From assembly GCA_033762115.1 (NCBI GenBank), contig JANRLX010000039.1:1-56373 (forward strand): a stretch of 56,373 nt of DNA, given 5' to 3'. Under the pieces are notes generated by a model. That model searched no databases. It saw only the letters and a list, made by a program, of their open reading frames with translations, and was not told the origin of the DNA. The DNA comes from Verrucomicrobiota bacterium (lineage in GTDB: Bacteria > Verrucomicrobiota > Verrucomicrobiia > Limisphaerales > SXQI01). How positions within the stretch are numbered: the first letter of the stretch is position 1; every line of letters begins with the position of its first letter. The position numbers and the translations under genes were made by a program. Shown in pieces: positions 12,525-22,916 of the stretch.

Positions 12525-13408
12525 TAAGCGCTCAAGGTTTCCAACACCGCTCTGGTCCGTGGCACTTCGTGGGTCCGAAAAAGATTGGTTCCTCCCATCG
12601 CGGCTAGCGTGGCAAAAAACGGTTCAGCGCTTCTGACCTCTTCTCGGAAAAAGTCAAATGCATGTGGAAGAGCATGGCAGGTGGGATAGCCCAGCGTTCG
12701 AAGCCGAAAGGTGTTCAAAAAAGTTCTCATCTGATGCCTCACCCGAACGGCGCTATCCTGCAAATTGCGATAATAAAACCCAAGGCCAGGATCGAGAAAT
12801 AATTTCCTGCTTCCACATTGATTTGCGCGTGCGACTTCCTTCCCGAAAAAATCGAGCATCTGTGGAATGGGATCATGCTCCAGGTTAAAATCCCCGACTT
12901 CACGAACATTCATCCCCTGCACATAGCAAATGACCACACCGGCATCATGTTTGCCGGCCAATTCATAAATTGCTTCTGCGTTCTGATAACCGGTGAGATT
13001 GATGATTTTAGCTCCAGCCTCCAGCGCCCGTTTGGCAACCTCTGCGTAGTACGTTTCGACTGAAATCAGTAATCCCTCAGCAGCAAGGCTGCTGACAACC
13101 GGCAACAACCTTGAATTCTGGAGTGAATCGGTGACGCGCTCTGCCTCAGACAAGGTTGATTCCGCTCCAATATCAATGATGGAAGCACCCTGAGCAGCAA
13201 GAATACGCCCTCTTTGAATTGCCGCTTCAGCGTTGAGACAAACGCTTTCACGATACCAGGAATCAGGGGAAAGATTGATCACCCCCATCAAATATTTTTG
13301 GGAATTGAACTTGAAGAAAGTTCCACCCAGTGAAAATTCCGCTACCTGACTGGCATAGGCTTTTTGATGTTCCGCATAAAGTTCAGCGAAATAGCTTGGT
13401 TCGAGCAC
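12521..13408 (-). CDS. folP: Dihydropteroate synthase-like pterin-binding protein (divergent)
   Basis: MGVINLSPDS, IDIGAEST, LDPGLGF, RTHEV; lacks the usual SRK motif. Confidence 0.75.
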   Translation of the reverse strand: MLEPSYFAELYAEHQKAYASQVAEFSLGGTFFKFNSQKYLMGVINLSPDSWYRESVCLNAEAAIQRGRILAAQGASIIDIGAESTLSEAERVTDSLQNSRLLPVVSSLAAEGLLISVETYYAEVAKRALEAGAKIINLTGYQNAEAIYELAGKHDAGVVICYVQGMNVREVGDFNLEHDPIPQMLDFFGKEVARANQCGSRKLFLDPGLGFYYRNLQDSAVRVRHQMRTFLNTFRLRTLGYPTCHALPHAFDFFREEVRSAEPFFATLAAMGGTNLFRTHEVPRTRAVLETLSAY

Positions 13409-13446
13409 CGCACCCCTTTACCAGAAAACAGGAAATTCGCGACTAT

Positions 13447-13932
13447 TTATGAGACCGGCGCAGAGCCCCGTTGTGCTGTTTCGTTCCTACTCCTGGCAAA
13501 GCCTTTGTAAGCGGCAGCGGCGGCCAGACCGAAAGCAACATGCGTAATTGCCGCCGGAAGTTCACGTGAATAACGTGCTGCATTAGTAAAAATTTCCGAA
13601 AGCAAAAAGGAGTTCAGTAAATAGAGAAGAAATCCAATGACGCCTCCCAGTGGGACCGCATACCAGTAACGAAATCGATTGATCACAGGCGCCATGAGAA
13701 CGGCATATAAAATGGCCGTGGCCATGTGCAAAACGATCGTAATGAAAGTAGCGCCAGCATCCACTGCTCCGGGATGCTTAAGTTCAAACCCCATCATCGT
13801 GGGAGAGATCAATCCCGAAGATGCCCAGGGAATCCCTCTTGCCACTAAAACAAAAATGGATCCCACCAATGCTCCTGCTTTGACTGCAGATGCCCATCGA
13901 ACTGGTTTTTGCGCCCCAACATATCCGTTCAT
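13447..13932 (-). CDS. Hypothetical integral membrane protein (about 4 TM)
   Basis: Hydrophobic helices with His residues (LHMATA, THVAFG); SD AAGGAG upstream of the ATG. Confidence 0.8.
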   Translation of the reverse strand: MNGYVGAQKPVRWASAVKAGALVGSIFVLVARGIPWASSGLISPTMMGFELKHPGAVDAGATFITIVLHMATAILYAVLMAPVINRFRYWYAVPLGGVIGFLLYLLNSFLLSEIFTNAARYSRELPAAITHVAFGLAAAAAYKGFARSRNETAQRGSAPVS

Positions 13933-14021
13933 AATGACTCCTTGACTGAAGACAACTTCAACTCAGGGAAGCAGGAACGCTATTCAGGAATTCACTGAAA
14001 GTGGAATGGGTTTAGGCTGGA

Positions 14022-17000
14022 TCAATCAATAAACAGCAATTCATTGGACATCAGCATTACCTGGGCGTATTTCTCCCATGCGGTTAATGCCTGTTCAACA
14101 TCCCTGGTCTCCTTGAAGTCATCCTTCGCATTCCATTCTGTGGAACCGGTGAATTCCTTTCCGGGAGTCTCCAGCATTTTGATCTGAGGGCTCCAACTAT
14201 AGCCGTCAGAATTTTCGTGGCTGCCAGGATCAACAAGAAAATCCAAGGTCTCACCCTCCAAAACCTCATATCGTTTGATCTTCATCGGTTCCCTGCTCGT
14301 TTTGACGGTTCTCGCCAGCAGTTCCCCTCCACGTGACGAAATAATCCGTCCGATCACCCCGTCCCCATCTTTCGATTCATGCACAAGCTCTCCATGAATC
14401 TCCACGACCCCTGAAATTGGCGACACCCAGCGTCTAATTGAACAGTGCTGAATATTCTTCCCTGGATGCCCCCCCTGTTTATTGATCATCGTCCAACCAA
14501 TTTCCGCGTCAGGCAGTTTGTCACCCCCACGCCACGCCCCGTCGACGAATTTGGGAAATTCCTTGAAATTTTTTACTTTCGCATTCGTTGGCTGATACTC
14601 TCCATAACCATACTTCCAAACAGAAATCCCAGGCGCTTTGGAAATGATTCCCGCTTGTTCGTTGACAAACTTCAAGCCCAACGAAATCTCGGCCTGTTCC
14701 GGCTCTCTTTGGAAAACGATCTGATACAAGCTTTTCACCTTTTCGGCTGGTGCGGCTGCACTTGCTATTTCTGGTCGGGTCACCAGGGCTCGAGATTGCT
14801 CAATTGTAAAAGGGCTGTTGACCATAAACAGAGCCTGTTGCGGCACCGTGGTGCTAAATCGTTGTGGACTGGTCGTATCCGGGCTGGCGAAATCAAATGT
14901 GCGAAACACCCCTGGGAGATTTTGCCGCTCAATAAAACCGTAAACAGTTCGGCGACCCGGATAAGGCCGTTCCCAAAGTTCGACAGGCTGCCCCCCACTT
15001 CGAGCCTCCAATTTGCCAGAAAGAGCCAGCAGCGTGTCACGCATTGGTTCCAATTCCAGACGCCTCATGTTCATCCTCCAATACCAGCGATTCGAAGGAT
15101 CCACTTTTGTGAATTCCGGGTTAGCTGTGCTCTCCTGCTGGTAGGTGTTCGAGGTCATGATCAATTTGTGAAGTTTTTTCAGCGACCAGCCATTCATCAC
15201 AAAATAGTCAGCCAGGAAATCCAGCAACTCGGGGTGAGATGGAGGTTCGGAACGCAACCCGAAATCACTTGGAGTACGCACCAGTGAGGCATTGAAATGG
15301 TTCAGCCAGACCCGGTTGACGAGCACACGCGCAGTCAAGGGATTATCCTTGTTCGCAATCGCCTCCGCCAGTTCCAGCCTTCCACTTCCCTTTTGGAAGG
15401 GAACCCGGTTTTCCTTGCTTAGAATTTCCAGGAACTGCCGCGGGACTTCCGGTCCTAAATTATGAGGGCTCCCCCGCACAAAAACCCGGGAATTGTGCGG
15501 TTTCTCCGCATCGAGAAGGGCCATTGCTCGTGGAGGTGAACCCGGGTGCGTGGCTTCCAACTGCTCAATCTTTCTTTGAAGCGCTCGGCTTTTTTCTGCG
15601 GCTTTGACATCATAGAGCCTCGGAAAATCGTCCGCTGCCAGTTTTCCGGATGGACTTTCACTATAGAGCAATTGCCGAATCATTTCCCGATTCGAATCAG
15701 CGAAGGATTGAATCGATTCCTTCTTTTGCTCCCAGTCATCGACGATTTCCTGAAAGAGTTTTCCGTACCGGTCCGAGAGTTCCAGAAGATTTGTTGGCGC
15801 GGAGTGCAGTATCGAAGCAACCAACGGGTTAATCGGTGTTGATGTTTCGTTCAGAGCGAAACGCTTTGCCAGTGTACTGGCATTCTCCCCAAAATTTGTG
15901 CCATCCAATTTTGCGAACTCAAACCACGGTTGGAAAATAACATCGTTGGATTGGCTGGATCTTTCCTGAAGAAACTTCACCCATAATTCGACAACGTCCG
16001 GCGAGAGTTTTCGTTCTTTGGCCAGATTCTCCTTTTTGGATTTATCTTCGATGCGCGAGGAATCGAAAGCTGCAAGCATGTATTCCCCTGCACGTTTCCG
16101 AAGTTCCGCTCGTAACTCCTGCTCCTTTTGCATTCGGAAGTCATCCCGCTCCCGGATTCTTTTCTGATGCTCCACCAGGAATTCTGGATGCTCTTTCGGC
16201 AGGGAATCCTTTCCGAGCAATGGTTTTTCCTTTGGTTCGATGGAACTCGCAAAGACTCCATACAATGAGTAATAATCCTTTGTCGGCACCGGATCATACT
16301 TATGGTCATGGCAGCGGGCGCAACTGACTGTCAGCCCAAGCATCCCGCGAGTGACCACGTCAATTCGGTCATCAATGATATCCGGCTCATTATTTAAGAA
16401 CCTGCGCCCAAGCGTCAGATAACCCATCGCTGCGAGAGGACGTTTATCTTCGCCAAGCTCCAATTGGTCGGCAGCCAGCTGTTCCACAATAAACCTATTG
16501 TAGGGCAAATCTTCGTTAAATGCCCGGATGACATAATCCCGATAGGTATACGCGTAAGGATAGCGCCGCTCCTCCTGGAAAACGTAACCTTTGGTGTCCG
16601 CGTATCGCGCCACGTCCAGCCAATGCCGGGCCCATCGTTCACCATAATGAGGGGAGGCGAGCAGGCGATCGATCATCTTCTCGTAGGCATCCGGGGCTTT
16701 ATCATTAATGAAATTCCTCACTTCCTCCGGTGAAGGAGGCAGGCCGATCAGGTCAAAGCTCGCCCTTCTGATCAATGTTCGCCGGTCAGCCTGTGGCGAT
16801 GGTTTCAGCCCATTTTTTTCCAGTCCGGCAAGAATGAAAATGTCGATCTCATTTCGAATCCATCGTTTGTTTTTGACAGAAGGAAGGGCCGGCTTTTGCA
16901 CTGGCTGAAAAGCCCAATGCTTTTTTACGAGATCAATTTTATTCTCTGCCAGTTTGACCCCTGCTTTTTGTGGGGCGGGAGCGCCCATCTTTACCCAGGC

Positions 17001-17345
17001 TTCCAAATCGGCGATCTGTTCACTGGAAAGTTTTTTATTTTTTGGAGGCATCTGAAGCGCCTCGTCCGTGTATCGAACCGCCTGGATCAGCAGGCTCTTG
17101 TCAGGATCGCCAGGGACAATTGAAGCGCCAGTGTCTCCGCCCTTCATCATCCCTTCGCGAGAATCCACCAGCAGGCCTCCCTTCAGTTTTTCACTTTTTT
17201 CACTGTGGCATTGATAGCAATGCTCGGCCAGCACCGGGCGGACTTTGGTTTCAAAAAATTCAATGCCCGCATCATCTCCTTTTGTAGGAAATATGAGTAG
17301 GCCGATTGTGAACAAAACTGTTGAGAACAGACTGGGACGCATCAT
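14022..17345 (-). CDS. Planctomycete cytochrome c domain + DUF1549 + DUF1553 (PSD1) protein
   Basis: Signal peptide; FFETKVRPVL..CYQCH; HWAFQP; IDIFI; GERWARHWLDVARYADT; CARCHDHKYDP; NPLTARVLVNRVW; HPELLD; PQQALF. Confidence 0.93.
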   Translation of the reverse strand: MMRPSLFSTVLFTIGLLIFPTKGDDAGIEFFETKVRPVLAEHCYQCHSEKSEKLKGGLLVDSREGMMKGGDTGASIVPGDPDKSLLIQAVRYTDEALQMPPKNKKLSSEQIADLEAWVKMGAPAPQKAGVKLAENKIDLVKKHWAFQPVQKPALPSVKNKRWIRNEIDIFILAGLEKNGLKPSPQADRRTLIRRASFDLIGLPPSPEEVRNFINDKAPDAYEKMIDRLLASPHYGERWARHWLDVARYADTKGYVFQEERRYPYAYTYRDYVIRAFNEDLPYNRFIVEQLAADQLELGEDKRPLAAMGYLTLGRRFLNNEPDIIDDRIDVVTRGMLGLTVSCARCHDHKYDPVPTKDYYSLYGVFASSIEPKEKPLLGKDSLPKEHPEFLVEHQKRIRERDDFRMQKEQELRAELRKRAGEYMLAAFDSSRIEDKSKKENLAKERKLSPDVVELWVKFLQERSSQSNDVIFQPWFEFAKLDGTNFGENASTLAKRFALNETSTPINPLVASILHSAPTNLLELSDRYGKLFQEIVDDWEQKKESIQSFADSNREMIRQLLYSESPSGKLAADDFPRLYDVKAAEKSRALQRKIEQLEATHPGSPPRAMALLDAEKPHNSRVFVRGSPHNLGPEVPRQFLEILSKENRVPFQKGSGRLELAEAIANKDNPLTARVLVNRVWLNHFNASLVRTPSDFGLRSEPPSHPELLDFLADYFVMNGWSLKKLHKLIMTSNTYQQESTANPEFTKVDPSNRWYWRMNMRRLELEPMRDTLLALSGKLEARSGGQPVELWERPYPGRRTVYGFIERQNLPGVFRTFDFASPDTTSPQRFSTTVPQQALFMVNSPFTIEQSRALVTRPEIASAAAPAEKVKSLYQIVFQREPEQAEISLGLKFVNEQAGIISKAPGISVWKYGYGEYQPTNAKVKNFKEFPKFVDGAWRGGDKLPDAEIGWTMINKQGGHPGKNIQHCSIRRWVSPISGVVEIHGELVHESKDGDGVIGRIISSRGGELLARTVKTSREPMKIKRYEVLEGETLDFLVDPGSHENSDGYSWSPQIKMLETPGKEFTGSTEWNAKDDFKETRDVEQALTAWEKYAQVMLMSNELLFID

Positions 17346-17390
17346 CGAATTTCAAACCAAATTCATCCTACCACTTTCGGCCCGGCGCCG

Positions 17391-18515
17391 CTACGGCTTA
17401 AGGGCAAGCACCAACCCGGCAGCACGTTGGCTTGCGCCATTACTACCAAGGGATGCAATCACATCATCAAGTCTCCTTTGGATGACGCTGCGGCGGTCTG
17501 GATTATTCAAAAGCCGGATGGCCTCGTCCGCGATCTTTTCCCCAGAGGCATCGTCCTGAATCAATTCAGGGTAAATTTCCTCCTCCCCCAACAGGTTTGG
17601 CATTGCGAGATATTTCACGCGGATAAATCTTCGCCCCAATTGATAGGTGCTCCAGGAGGTCTTATAGATGACGATTGTCGGCACCCTGAAAAACGCGCAT
17701 TCCATCGTTACAGTTCCCGAAGAAGCAATTGCAATAGTCGCACGCTTCAGGGCTTCATCGAGTTTACCAATCTGAACATGCACATTACGCCCGGCCAAAA
17801 ATGTTTCCGCCAATTGCCCCAGACTCTCGTTGGGCACCACCATGGTGCATCGCACATTTTTTAATTTTTCCACTGCCTGGATCATTGGAGGCAGATGTTT
17901 GCGCAACTCACGCACTCGACTGCCAGGCAACAGGAGCACCTCTTGTTTCCCGGTTTCCTGCTGCCGTTGCGGCAACTGAAACCGGTCCACCAATGGATGC
18001 CCCACATATTCCACCCGAAATTCGGGAACCCGCTCGGCATACCATGCTTTTTCAAAGGGAAAAATGGTCAGCATCAAGTCGATGTTCCGTGCAATTTCAT
18101 AAACCCGCGATTCATGCCAGGCCCAGATTTGCGGCGAAACATAGAAAACCACCTGTGGTTTCCATCCGGATGTTTTGCTGGAAAATTCCTTGATTGCTTT
18201 GGCAAAACGAAGATTGAACCCTGGGTAATCAATCAGGATCACCACATCCGGTCTCCTGGTTTTTGCGAGATCCAATAATTGATTAAAAAAACCACGGAAC
18301 TTCCCATAGTTTTTCACAACTTCCCAGATTCCCACCACCGCGTGCTCAGTCAGGTCAAAGGCAAGCTCAACTCCTGCATTGGCTGATTTCGGTCCGCCCG
18401 CTCCAATAAATTCGATCTTGTCAGCCGCTCTCCCCTTGATCGCCGTCACCAATTCAGCTCCCAAAGTGTCCCCGCTGGCTTCTCCGGCAATCACCATGAT
18501 GCTGCGTATCGGCAC
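17391..18515 (-). CDS. lpxB: Lipid-A-disaccharide synthase
   Basis: IAGEASGD, IDYPGFN, YVSPQIWAW, VGHPL, LLPGSR, SSGTVTMECA, PELIQD. Confidence 0.96.
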   Translation of the reverse strand: MPIRSIMVIAGEASGDTLGAELVTAIKGRAADKIEFIGAGGPKSANAGVELAFDLTEHAVVGIWEVVKNYGKFRGFFNQLLDLAKTRRPDVVILIDYPGFNLRFAKAIKEFSSKTSGWKPQVVFYVSPQIWAWHESRVYEIARNIDLMLTIFPFEKAWYAERVPEFRVEYVGHPLVDRFQLPQRQQETGKQEVLLLPGSRVRELRKHLPPMIQAVEKLKNVRCTMVVPNESLGQLAETFLAGRNVHVQIGKLDEALKRATIAIASSGTVTMECAFFRVPTIVIYKTSWSTYQLGRRFIRVKYLAMPNLLGEEEIYPELIQDDASGEKIADEAIRLLNNPDRRSVIQRRLDDVIASLGSNGASQRAAGLVLALKP

Positions 18516-18516
18516 C

Positions 18517-19497
18517 TCAATCCTCGTATTTTGATGATCGTGTGACTAAATCGGCCAACGCCTGCCGCACGTTCTTGCCATGGTAAAGCATTTCATAAAC
18601 CTCACGGATAATTGGTGCATCGACACCCAATTTTTCTGCGAGATGATAGGCAGAGCGGGCCGTTGGATACCCCTCCGCAATGGTATTGGTGCTCGAAACA
18701 ATCGCATCCACAGCTTCCCCTTTGCCAACACGTTCCCCAAAATGGCGGTTGCGGCTGAGCTTGGAAAAGCAGGTGACAGTCAAATCGCCCAGGCCGCTCA
18801 ATCCTGAAAATGTCTCCGGTTGCGCTCCACAGGCAACACCGATCCGGCGCATCTCAGCAATCGCACGTGTAATCAATGCGGCTTTTGAATTGTCCCCGAA
18901 TCCCAACCCGTCACAAACCCCTGCTCCAATTGCGATGACGTTTTTTAATGCGCCGCCCAATTCAACTCCTAGCCGGTCTTTGCCAGCATAAACACGAAAA
19001 TAAGGTCGATGAAAAAGTGCCTGGACCTGCTCAACGATTTCGCTGTCAGTCGCCGCGGCGACAATCGCTGAAGGAATGCGTCGGGCCACTTCCGGTGCCA
19101 GCGTGGGGCCTGTCAAGGCAGCGACTCGAACGTTCGGCAGAAGAGATTCCAGCAAAGCGCACATGGTCAGGCCGCTCTCATTCTCGATTCCTTTGGTCAC
19201 ACTAACGATTGTTCCCCTGAATGAACCCAACTGCTCCCCTACCTGGCGAATGGCTTTGGAAGGAACCGCAACCACGAGCATCTCCTTGTCTGCAATCGCC
19301 TGCTTCAGATCGGGTTGTAAAACCCATGTTTTTGGAAGGCTGACACCAGGGAGATACTTTCGGTTTTCTGCCTCACTGGCGATTTCGTCCAACAGCTCAC
19401 GACGGTGTCCCCAAAGAGTTACCTGATGTTTCCCATCTTCGAGGACAAGCCCCAGGGCGGTGCCCCATCCGCCAGCGCCAAGGATTGTAACGTTCAT
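18517..19497 (-). CDS. gpsA: NAD(P)H-dependent glycerol-3-phosphate dehydrogenase
   Basis: GAGGWGTAL, TKGIE, GALKNVIAI, GLGDLTVTC.S..SRN. Confidence 0.96.
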   Translation of the reverse strand: MNVTILGAGGWGTALGLVLEDGKHQVTLWGHRRELLDEIASEAENRKYLPGVSLPKTWVLQPDLKQAIADKEMLVVAVPSKAIRQVGEQLGSFRGTIVSVTKGIENESGLTMCALLESLLPNVRVAALTGPTLAPEVARRIPSAIVAAATDSEIVEQVQALFHRPYFRVYAGKDRLGVELGGALKNVIAIGAGVCDGLGFGDNSKAALITRAIAEMRRIGVACGAQPETFSGLSGLGDLTVTCFSKLSRNRHFGERVGKGEAVDAIVSSTNTIAEGYPTARSAYHLAEKLGVDAPIIREVYEMLYHGKNVRQALADLVTRSSKYED

Positions 19498-20108
19498 GTT
19501 GATTTCTTCTCCCCGAAACGGTGCTCGGTTCCGTTCATTAACCGGATAAAATTCGCTTTATGCTTATAAAGGGCCAACCCTCCCAGCACACCCCCCAGAA
19601 TGATCATCCGCTGAGTCCCGCCAGTCAGCCAGACGGCCAAAGGCAAGGTTGCTGCCGCAAAAATGGAAGCCAATGAAACGTATTTGCTGAGCACAAAAAC
19701 AATGATCCAAACCGCTAACACCCCGATGAACCCTCCCGGCACCAACGCCAGCAGCACTCCCGCGGAGGTGGCAATTCCCTTGCCTCCTTTGAACCGAAGC
19801 CAAATTGTGTAATTATGCCCAAGGATTGCGCAAAAGCCCGCAAGCATCGCATGCCATTCAGATGGCGCGTCCGACCCGAAATAGATTAATCGGGCAGCCA
19901 CAAAACCTTTCAAGGCATCAAGCAACAGCACTGTGATTCCTGCTGGCTTGCCCAATATCCTGAAAACATTCGTCGCACCAATGTTTCCGCTCCCGACCGA
20001 CCGAATATCGATTCCACGGGCCTTTGCCAGCAAATAACCAGTAGGGATCGAGCCTGCAAAATAGGCGGCAACTGCTGTTAACAAATAACCTGCAACATCC
20101 ACGAGCAA
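19494..20108 (-). CDS. plsY: Glycerol-3-phosphate 1-O-acyltransferase
   Basis: GSIPTG, GSGNIGATNV.R, DALKG, GHN, FKGGKGIATSAG, H..N..RL. Confidence 0.96.
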   Translation of the reverse strand: MLVDVAGYLLTAVAAYFAGSIPTGYLLAKARGIDIRSVGSGNIGATNVFRILGKPAGITVLLLDALKGFVAARLIYFGSDAPSEWHAMLAGFCAILGHNYTIWLRFKGGKGIATSAGVLLALVPGGFIGVLAVWIIVFVLSKYVSLASIFAAATLPLAVWLTGGTQRMIILGGVLGGLALYKHKANFIRLMNGTEHRFGEKKST

Positions 20109-20333
20109 TCCACTTTAAAGAAACCGATTTTGGGGGCGCAAGTTCTTAACAAGAAATATTCTCACTCGGCATTCCTTTTGCTGAAGACAAATCTGATAGA
20201 AATCCTGTTCAAATCGCTTCCATCTTGGGATGGAAGCCGCAAGCGGCCCGAAATGGGCCGCTTGCATTTCCCGCAACGAAGCAGACAGTTGGCAGCTTCC
20301 TTCCAAAATGTTAAAAGCAACGCTTACGTTGCC

Positions 20334-21392
20334 GTGATTAGTGACCAGGAAAACCTGAATGCCCTTGCCGAGCGCCTCAAAGCTTCCCCCTGGGTGGCTA
20401 TCGATACTGAAGCGGACAGCCTCCATGCCTATCCGGAGAAACTTTGCCTGATGCAGGTGAGCTACCCCGATGGCGATGATTTGATCGATACACTGGCAAA
20501 GCTGGATCTTACACCGATCCTTCGAGCTTTCGAAAACCATGAACTCATTTTTCATGGCGCTGATTACGACCTGCGACTTCTTTGCCGGACTTACTGTTAC
20601 AGCCCCGGACGGATTTTCGACACCATGCTTGCAGCGCGCCTCCTTGGAGAAACGCAGTTTGGATTGACCCACCTGGTCAAAAAATTTCTTGGCGTGGACC
20701 TCGAAAAAGGGCCGCAAAAAATGGATTGGGCGCGCCGGCCATTGACTCCACGCATGGAAGCCTACGCCCGCAACGATACACGTTATCTTAAACCGCTTTC
20801 CGACCTGCTGCGCGCCGCCTTGGAAGCAAAAGGCAGGCTGGGATGGCTGGAGGAGAGTTGCGCTCGCCTGATTCGGGATTGTGAACAGATGCCAAAGGCT
20901 GATCCGGATTCAGACTGGCGTATTCGGGGCAGTGATCGGTTGGAACCGCGGGCCCTGGCTATCCTGCGCGAACTTTGGAAATGGCGGGAAAAGGAAGCCA
21001 TTCTAGCCAACCGCCCTCCCTTTTTTGTTCTAAGTCATGATGCAATGATCGAGATCGCCCGGATCGCAAGCGATCCGGAATCAGATTTTCGAACGGCGAT
21101 TCCGCGCATGCCCATTTTGCGGAAAAAAGAATTGATCCAGGCCGTGCATCGCGGGCGCGAAATTCCCGAGCAGGAGCTCCCTTCCTTAAGAATCCGGACG
21201 TTTACCCGGCCAACCGCTGGCGAAAATGAGCGGTTCAATAAATTACGAGACCTTAGGGATAAACGCGCAAAGGAGCTGGGGCTTGATCCAACCTTGATCG
21301 CCAGCAGGGGAACACTCGGCGCCCTGGCCAAGGATTGGAATGGCAGCAGCAAGGAATTAATGGACTGGCAGCATTCGCTGCTTAAACCATAA
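20334..21392 (+). CDS. rnd: Ribonuclease D (DEDD exonuclease + HRDC)
   Basis: AIDTEAD, FHGADYD, FDTMLAA, DWARRPL...YARND, HRDC (LWKWREKEA...RPPFFVL); start inferred at GTG 20334 rather than 20130. Confidence 0.88.
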   Translation: MISDQENLNALAERLKASPWVAIDTEADSLHAYPEKLCLMQVSYPDGDDLIDTLAKLDLTPILRAFENHELIFHGADYDLRLLCRTYCYSPGRIFDTMLAARLLGETQFGLTHLVKKFLGVDLEKGPQKMDWARRPLTPRMEAYARNDTRYLKPLSDLLRAALEAKGRLGWLEESCARLIRDCEQMPKADPDSDWRIRGSDRLEPRALAILRELWKWREKEAILANRPPFFVLSHDAMIEIARIASDPESDFRTAIPRMPILRKKELIQAVHRGREIPEQELPSLRIRTFTRPTAGENERFNKLRDLRDKRAKELGLDPTLIASRGTLGALAKDWNGSSKELMDWQHSLLKP

Positions 21393-21437
21393 GTTTAAAT
21401 TGCTTGGCTTTGCACTACCTTTGAATACAGTCTGTTC

Positions 21438-22904
21438 ATGTGGTTCCCAGGCATGACCCGGTCAATTCTTCTGCTGCTTTTTTGCTGCGCACTTTCCCTC
21501 TCTGCTGCTGAAAAAGCGGACATCAAACTCCTGGATCAACTCCTCAAGGAAGGGTTTGCCCTTGAGGGACGGGATTCGGAAGCTGCGGATGTAAAATACA
21601 AGGCAGCGCTGATTGAAATTGAGAAAATCGACAAGGCAGATTCCCGCTATTACCAGGGCTTTCTCCAGGTGATTGGTTTTTATTTGCGTAGCCAGAAGTT
21701 CCAGGTCGCACGCGATCTGATCAATCGATCCATGCAAACAGTCACAGAATTTCGCGGCAAACGCCGTGTTTATGCAGCCGTTTTGGAATTGGCCACCGGC
21801 GCCTCATGGGAACAGGAAGGTCGTGGCGACAAAGCCATCGAAGCCTATTCCAAGTCCCAGCAGATCATACAAACGCAGTTTGGAAAGTACCATCCATTAA
21901 ACGCCTTGTTGTTCTTCCGGACAGGTCGTGCCCAATTATTGCTGAAGCAGAAGGATTTGGCCGAGCGTTCGTTCAAGCAAGGTTTGGAATTGGCCGAATC
22001 ACCCTATTTTGAAGGTTTTTCCAACCGAACGGAATGGGGTGTCAACGAGTATTCCCCCAACTACATGGACGTTGCGATGGCACATTTTGAATTGTCCCGA
22101 CTGTATGCAATTCAAAAGGAAACTGATCTCGCGTTGAAGCATTACGAGAAGGGCAGCAAGGTTGCCAAAAATAATTTTGGAAAAGAGAGTCCTGCTTACT
22201 CCTCATTCGAATCATTGCGCGCCTACATCCACATTCTACAGGGGGACCACGCAGCCGCCATGGCCCGGCTTGATGAACTGATCAGGAAAGCAGAAACGAA
22301 TGAAAAAATTCTTCCAGTGGTCATTGATTTATTTGTGTGGTGGGGAAACCAGGCAATTGAACGTGAGGATGCCGAGCTTTTTGGCAAAGCGATGGCGGAA
22401 TATCTTTCAGCCCATAGCCGAAATCCTGAGTGGAACGTTTCAACGGAAGATCAAATCATGCGGATGGTGGGCAGCGCATCCCCGCGGATGAAACCGGTTT
22501 TCCTCGAAGCAGCTTTCAAAAGTGTGAAAGGGAAAGCAGGCAGTTTGCCTGCGATGACCTTTTATCGAATTTACGGGCAGGCTCTTGAAGGCACGGGCAA
22601 ATACGATCAAATGGTGGAAGCTTATTCACAGCTGCTTGCGACCGCCGAAAGGGAGTTTGGGAGCGAACATAAAAATGTTGCAGGAGCAGTGAAGCTATTG
22701 GCCTCGGCTCATGTGAAGGCAAAGCAGATTGACCGGGCGCTCGCGCTTTGTGACAGGGAAATTGCCATTCTGATAAAAGCATTTGGTGAGAAAGACAGCC
22801 GCGTCGCTAATGCAATGGAAAACAAAGCCGATTTACTTGAAAAGAATGGTAACGAAGCCGAAGCAAAATCATTGCGGGAACGTGCTGCGAAAGGTCGCAT
22901 ATAA
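21438..22904 (+). CDS. Secreted tetratricopeptide-repeat protein
   Basis: Signal peptide (ILLLLFCCALSLSA); kinesin-light-chain-like TPR repeats (FGKYHP, FGKESP, FGSEHK, FGEKDS). Confidence 0.8.
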   Translation: MWFPGMTRSILLLLFCCALSLSAAEKADIKLLDQLLKEGFALEGRDSEAADVKYKAALIEIEKIDKADSRYYQGFLQVIGFYLRSQKFQVARDLINRSMQTVTEFRGKRRVYAAVLELATGASWEQEGRGDKAIEAYSKSQQIIQTQFGKYHPLNALLFFRTGRAQLLLKQKDLAERSFKQGLELAESPYFEGFSNRTEWGVNEYSPNYMDVAMAHFELSRLYAIQKETDLALKHYEKGSKVAKNNFGKESPAYSSFESLRAYIHILQGDHAAAMARLDELIRKAETNEKILPVVIDLFVWWGNQAIEREDAELFGKAMAEYLSAHSRNPEWNVSTEDQIMRMVGSASPRMKPVFLEAAFKSVKGKAGSLPAMTFYRIYGQALEGTGKYDQMVEAYSQLLATAEREFGSEHKNVAGAVKLLASAHVKAKQIDRALALCDREIAILIKAFGEKDSRVANAMENKADLLEKNGNEAEAKSLRERAAKGRI

Positions 22905-22916
22905 CTGACGTGATTC

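Noticed and set aside
14445..15287. Long antisense ORFs (also 26405-27196, 41851-42543, 39803-40381)
   Set aside because: They lie opposite well-supported genes and show no recognisable motifs
20115..20717. 200-aa minus-strand ORF, and the 68-codon N-terminal extension of rnd
   Set aside because: The ORF is an antisense shadow of rnd; the extension has no RNase D similarity and covers the divergent promoter region
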